Below are positions 63,193-64,000 of a stretch of 64,000 nucleotides of DNA, piece after piece. Every line of letters starts with the position of its first letter. The stretch's first letter is position 1. A program made the position numbers and the translations under genes. A model generated the notes under the pieces. It saw nothing but the letters and a program-made list of their open reading frames with translations, searched no databases and was not told the DNA's origin. Origin of the DNA: Lingula anatina (taxonomy: Eukaryota > Animalia > Brachiopoda); assembly GCA_051362555.1 (NCBI GenBank), contig CM120641.1:1426001-1490000 (forward strand), given 5' to 3'.

Positions 63193-64000
63193 CCGGTCCC
63201 TTGATAATTTTACACATGGGAGCATGTGTATATAAGATATGTGATGCATTGTTGGGTTTTACATTTGTGTGGAGCTTAGATCAAACAATGTCTAGAAATG
63301 TATTTGAGGCAATTGGCAACATGCTGCCAGATAGGGGGAACAACAGTGACCTGTCAGATAATTCCTCTGGGAGTGATTATGTGCCATCAGATAGCTCATC
63401 AGAGTGTGATCCCGAATCATTCAGTGAAGTTAATTATCTTATGTTATGAAGTTATATTACATCAAATATCTTTGCTATCAAATGCTTTACACAAGCAATA
63501 TCATGTGTGCTATGACTATCAGTATGGTCAATGAAATCTGCCTGTGAAAGATTCAAGACCTGGAGAAATTATTATTTATGAGTAATCGGTCACCTTGGTC
63601 ACCTGTTATGGAGATATCAGTTTAAATCTATCATTATAACATACTTGATAGACTGTGCTAGCTTTGCGAAACTTTCCATTTTGAGAAATAAAATGATTTT
63701 TCTGCATGTTCCATACACTGTGTATACTCACCCAGGTGGAGGTAAAGCGAGCAAGGGACCGGGCCTCCGAGGCCCGGTTTCAGGGTTTACGTAGGGTTCC
63801 ATTTCCTTGTGGATGAGGGTTAAAAGGATAACGAGATCTATATTTCATAATCTATAATAAAATCAATGAATATACTGCTCATGGATAAGCCCCATATAAG
63901 TAAGACAAATATAGGAAAAATAGAAAATGGTTTTATTGATATCTGATATCATTTCACATTATTGTTCACATTCTCTCTCATGCACACTACATTTATTCTT

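Larger units (their letters stand above)
61539..63819 (+). mobile_element. Non-autonomous piggyBac relic
   Basis: TTAA|CCCTCATCCAC...GTGGATGAGGG|TTAA. Palindromic subterminal repeats CCGGGCCTCYGAGGCCCGG at ~61743 and ~63759. Acidic, Ser-rich transposase-N-terminus-like remnant (SDNSSGSDYVPSDSSSE) at ~63290-63440. Confidence 0.85.

Overview
AT-rich eukaryotic DNA with spliceosomal introns and many DNA-transposon relics; an invertebrate animal is likely but this is inference. The main feature is a minus-strand, 9-exon animal-type iterative type I polyketide synthase gene (TSS about 58549, ATG 58290, stop 44363). Its eight coding exons join in frame through GT-AG junctions to give 8382 nt (2793 aa plus stop). 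The architecture is KS-AT-DH-psiKR-ER(dead)-KR-ACP-C (NRPS condensation domain, HHSALD)-PH (pleckstrin homology). The PH domain is only visible after splicing two small terminal exons. Just upstream is an intronless gene for a stand-alone, divergent eIF4G-like MIF4G protein with a cluster of CRE sites. The rest is mostly non-coding. It contains a foldback Tc1 (DD34E) derivative in a PKS intron, a piggyBac relic with a nested Ginger-like element, a hAT-like element, several MITEs, and weak signs of another minus-strand gene (small exons at 33-41 kb and a TATA/first exon near 11.5-11.8 kb).
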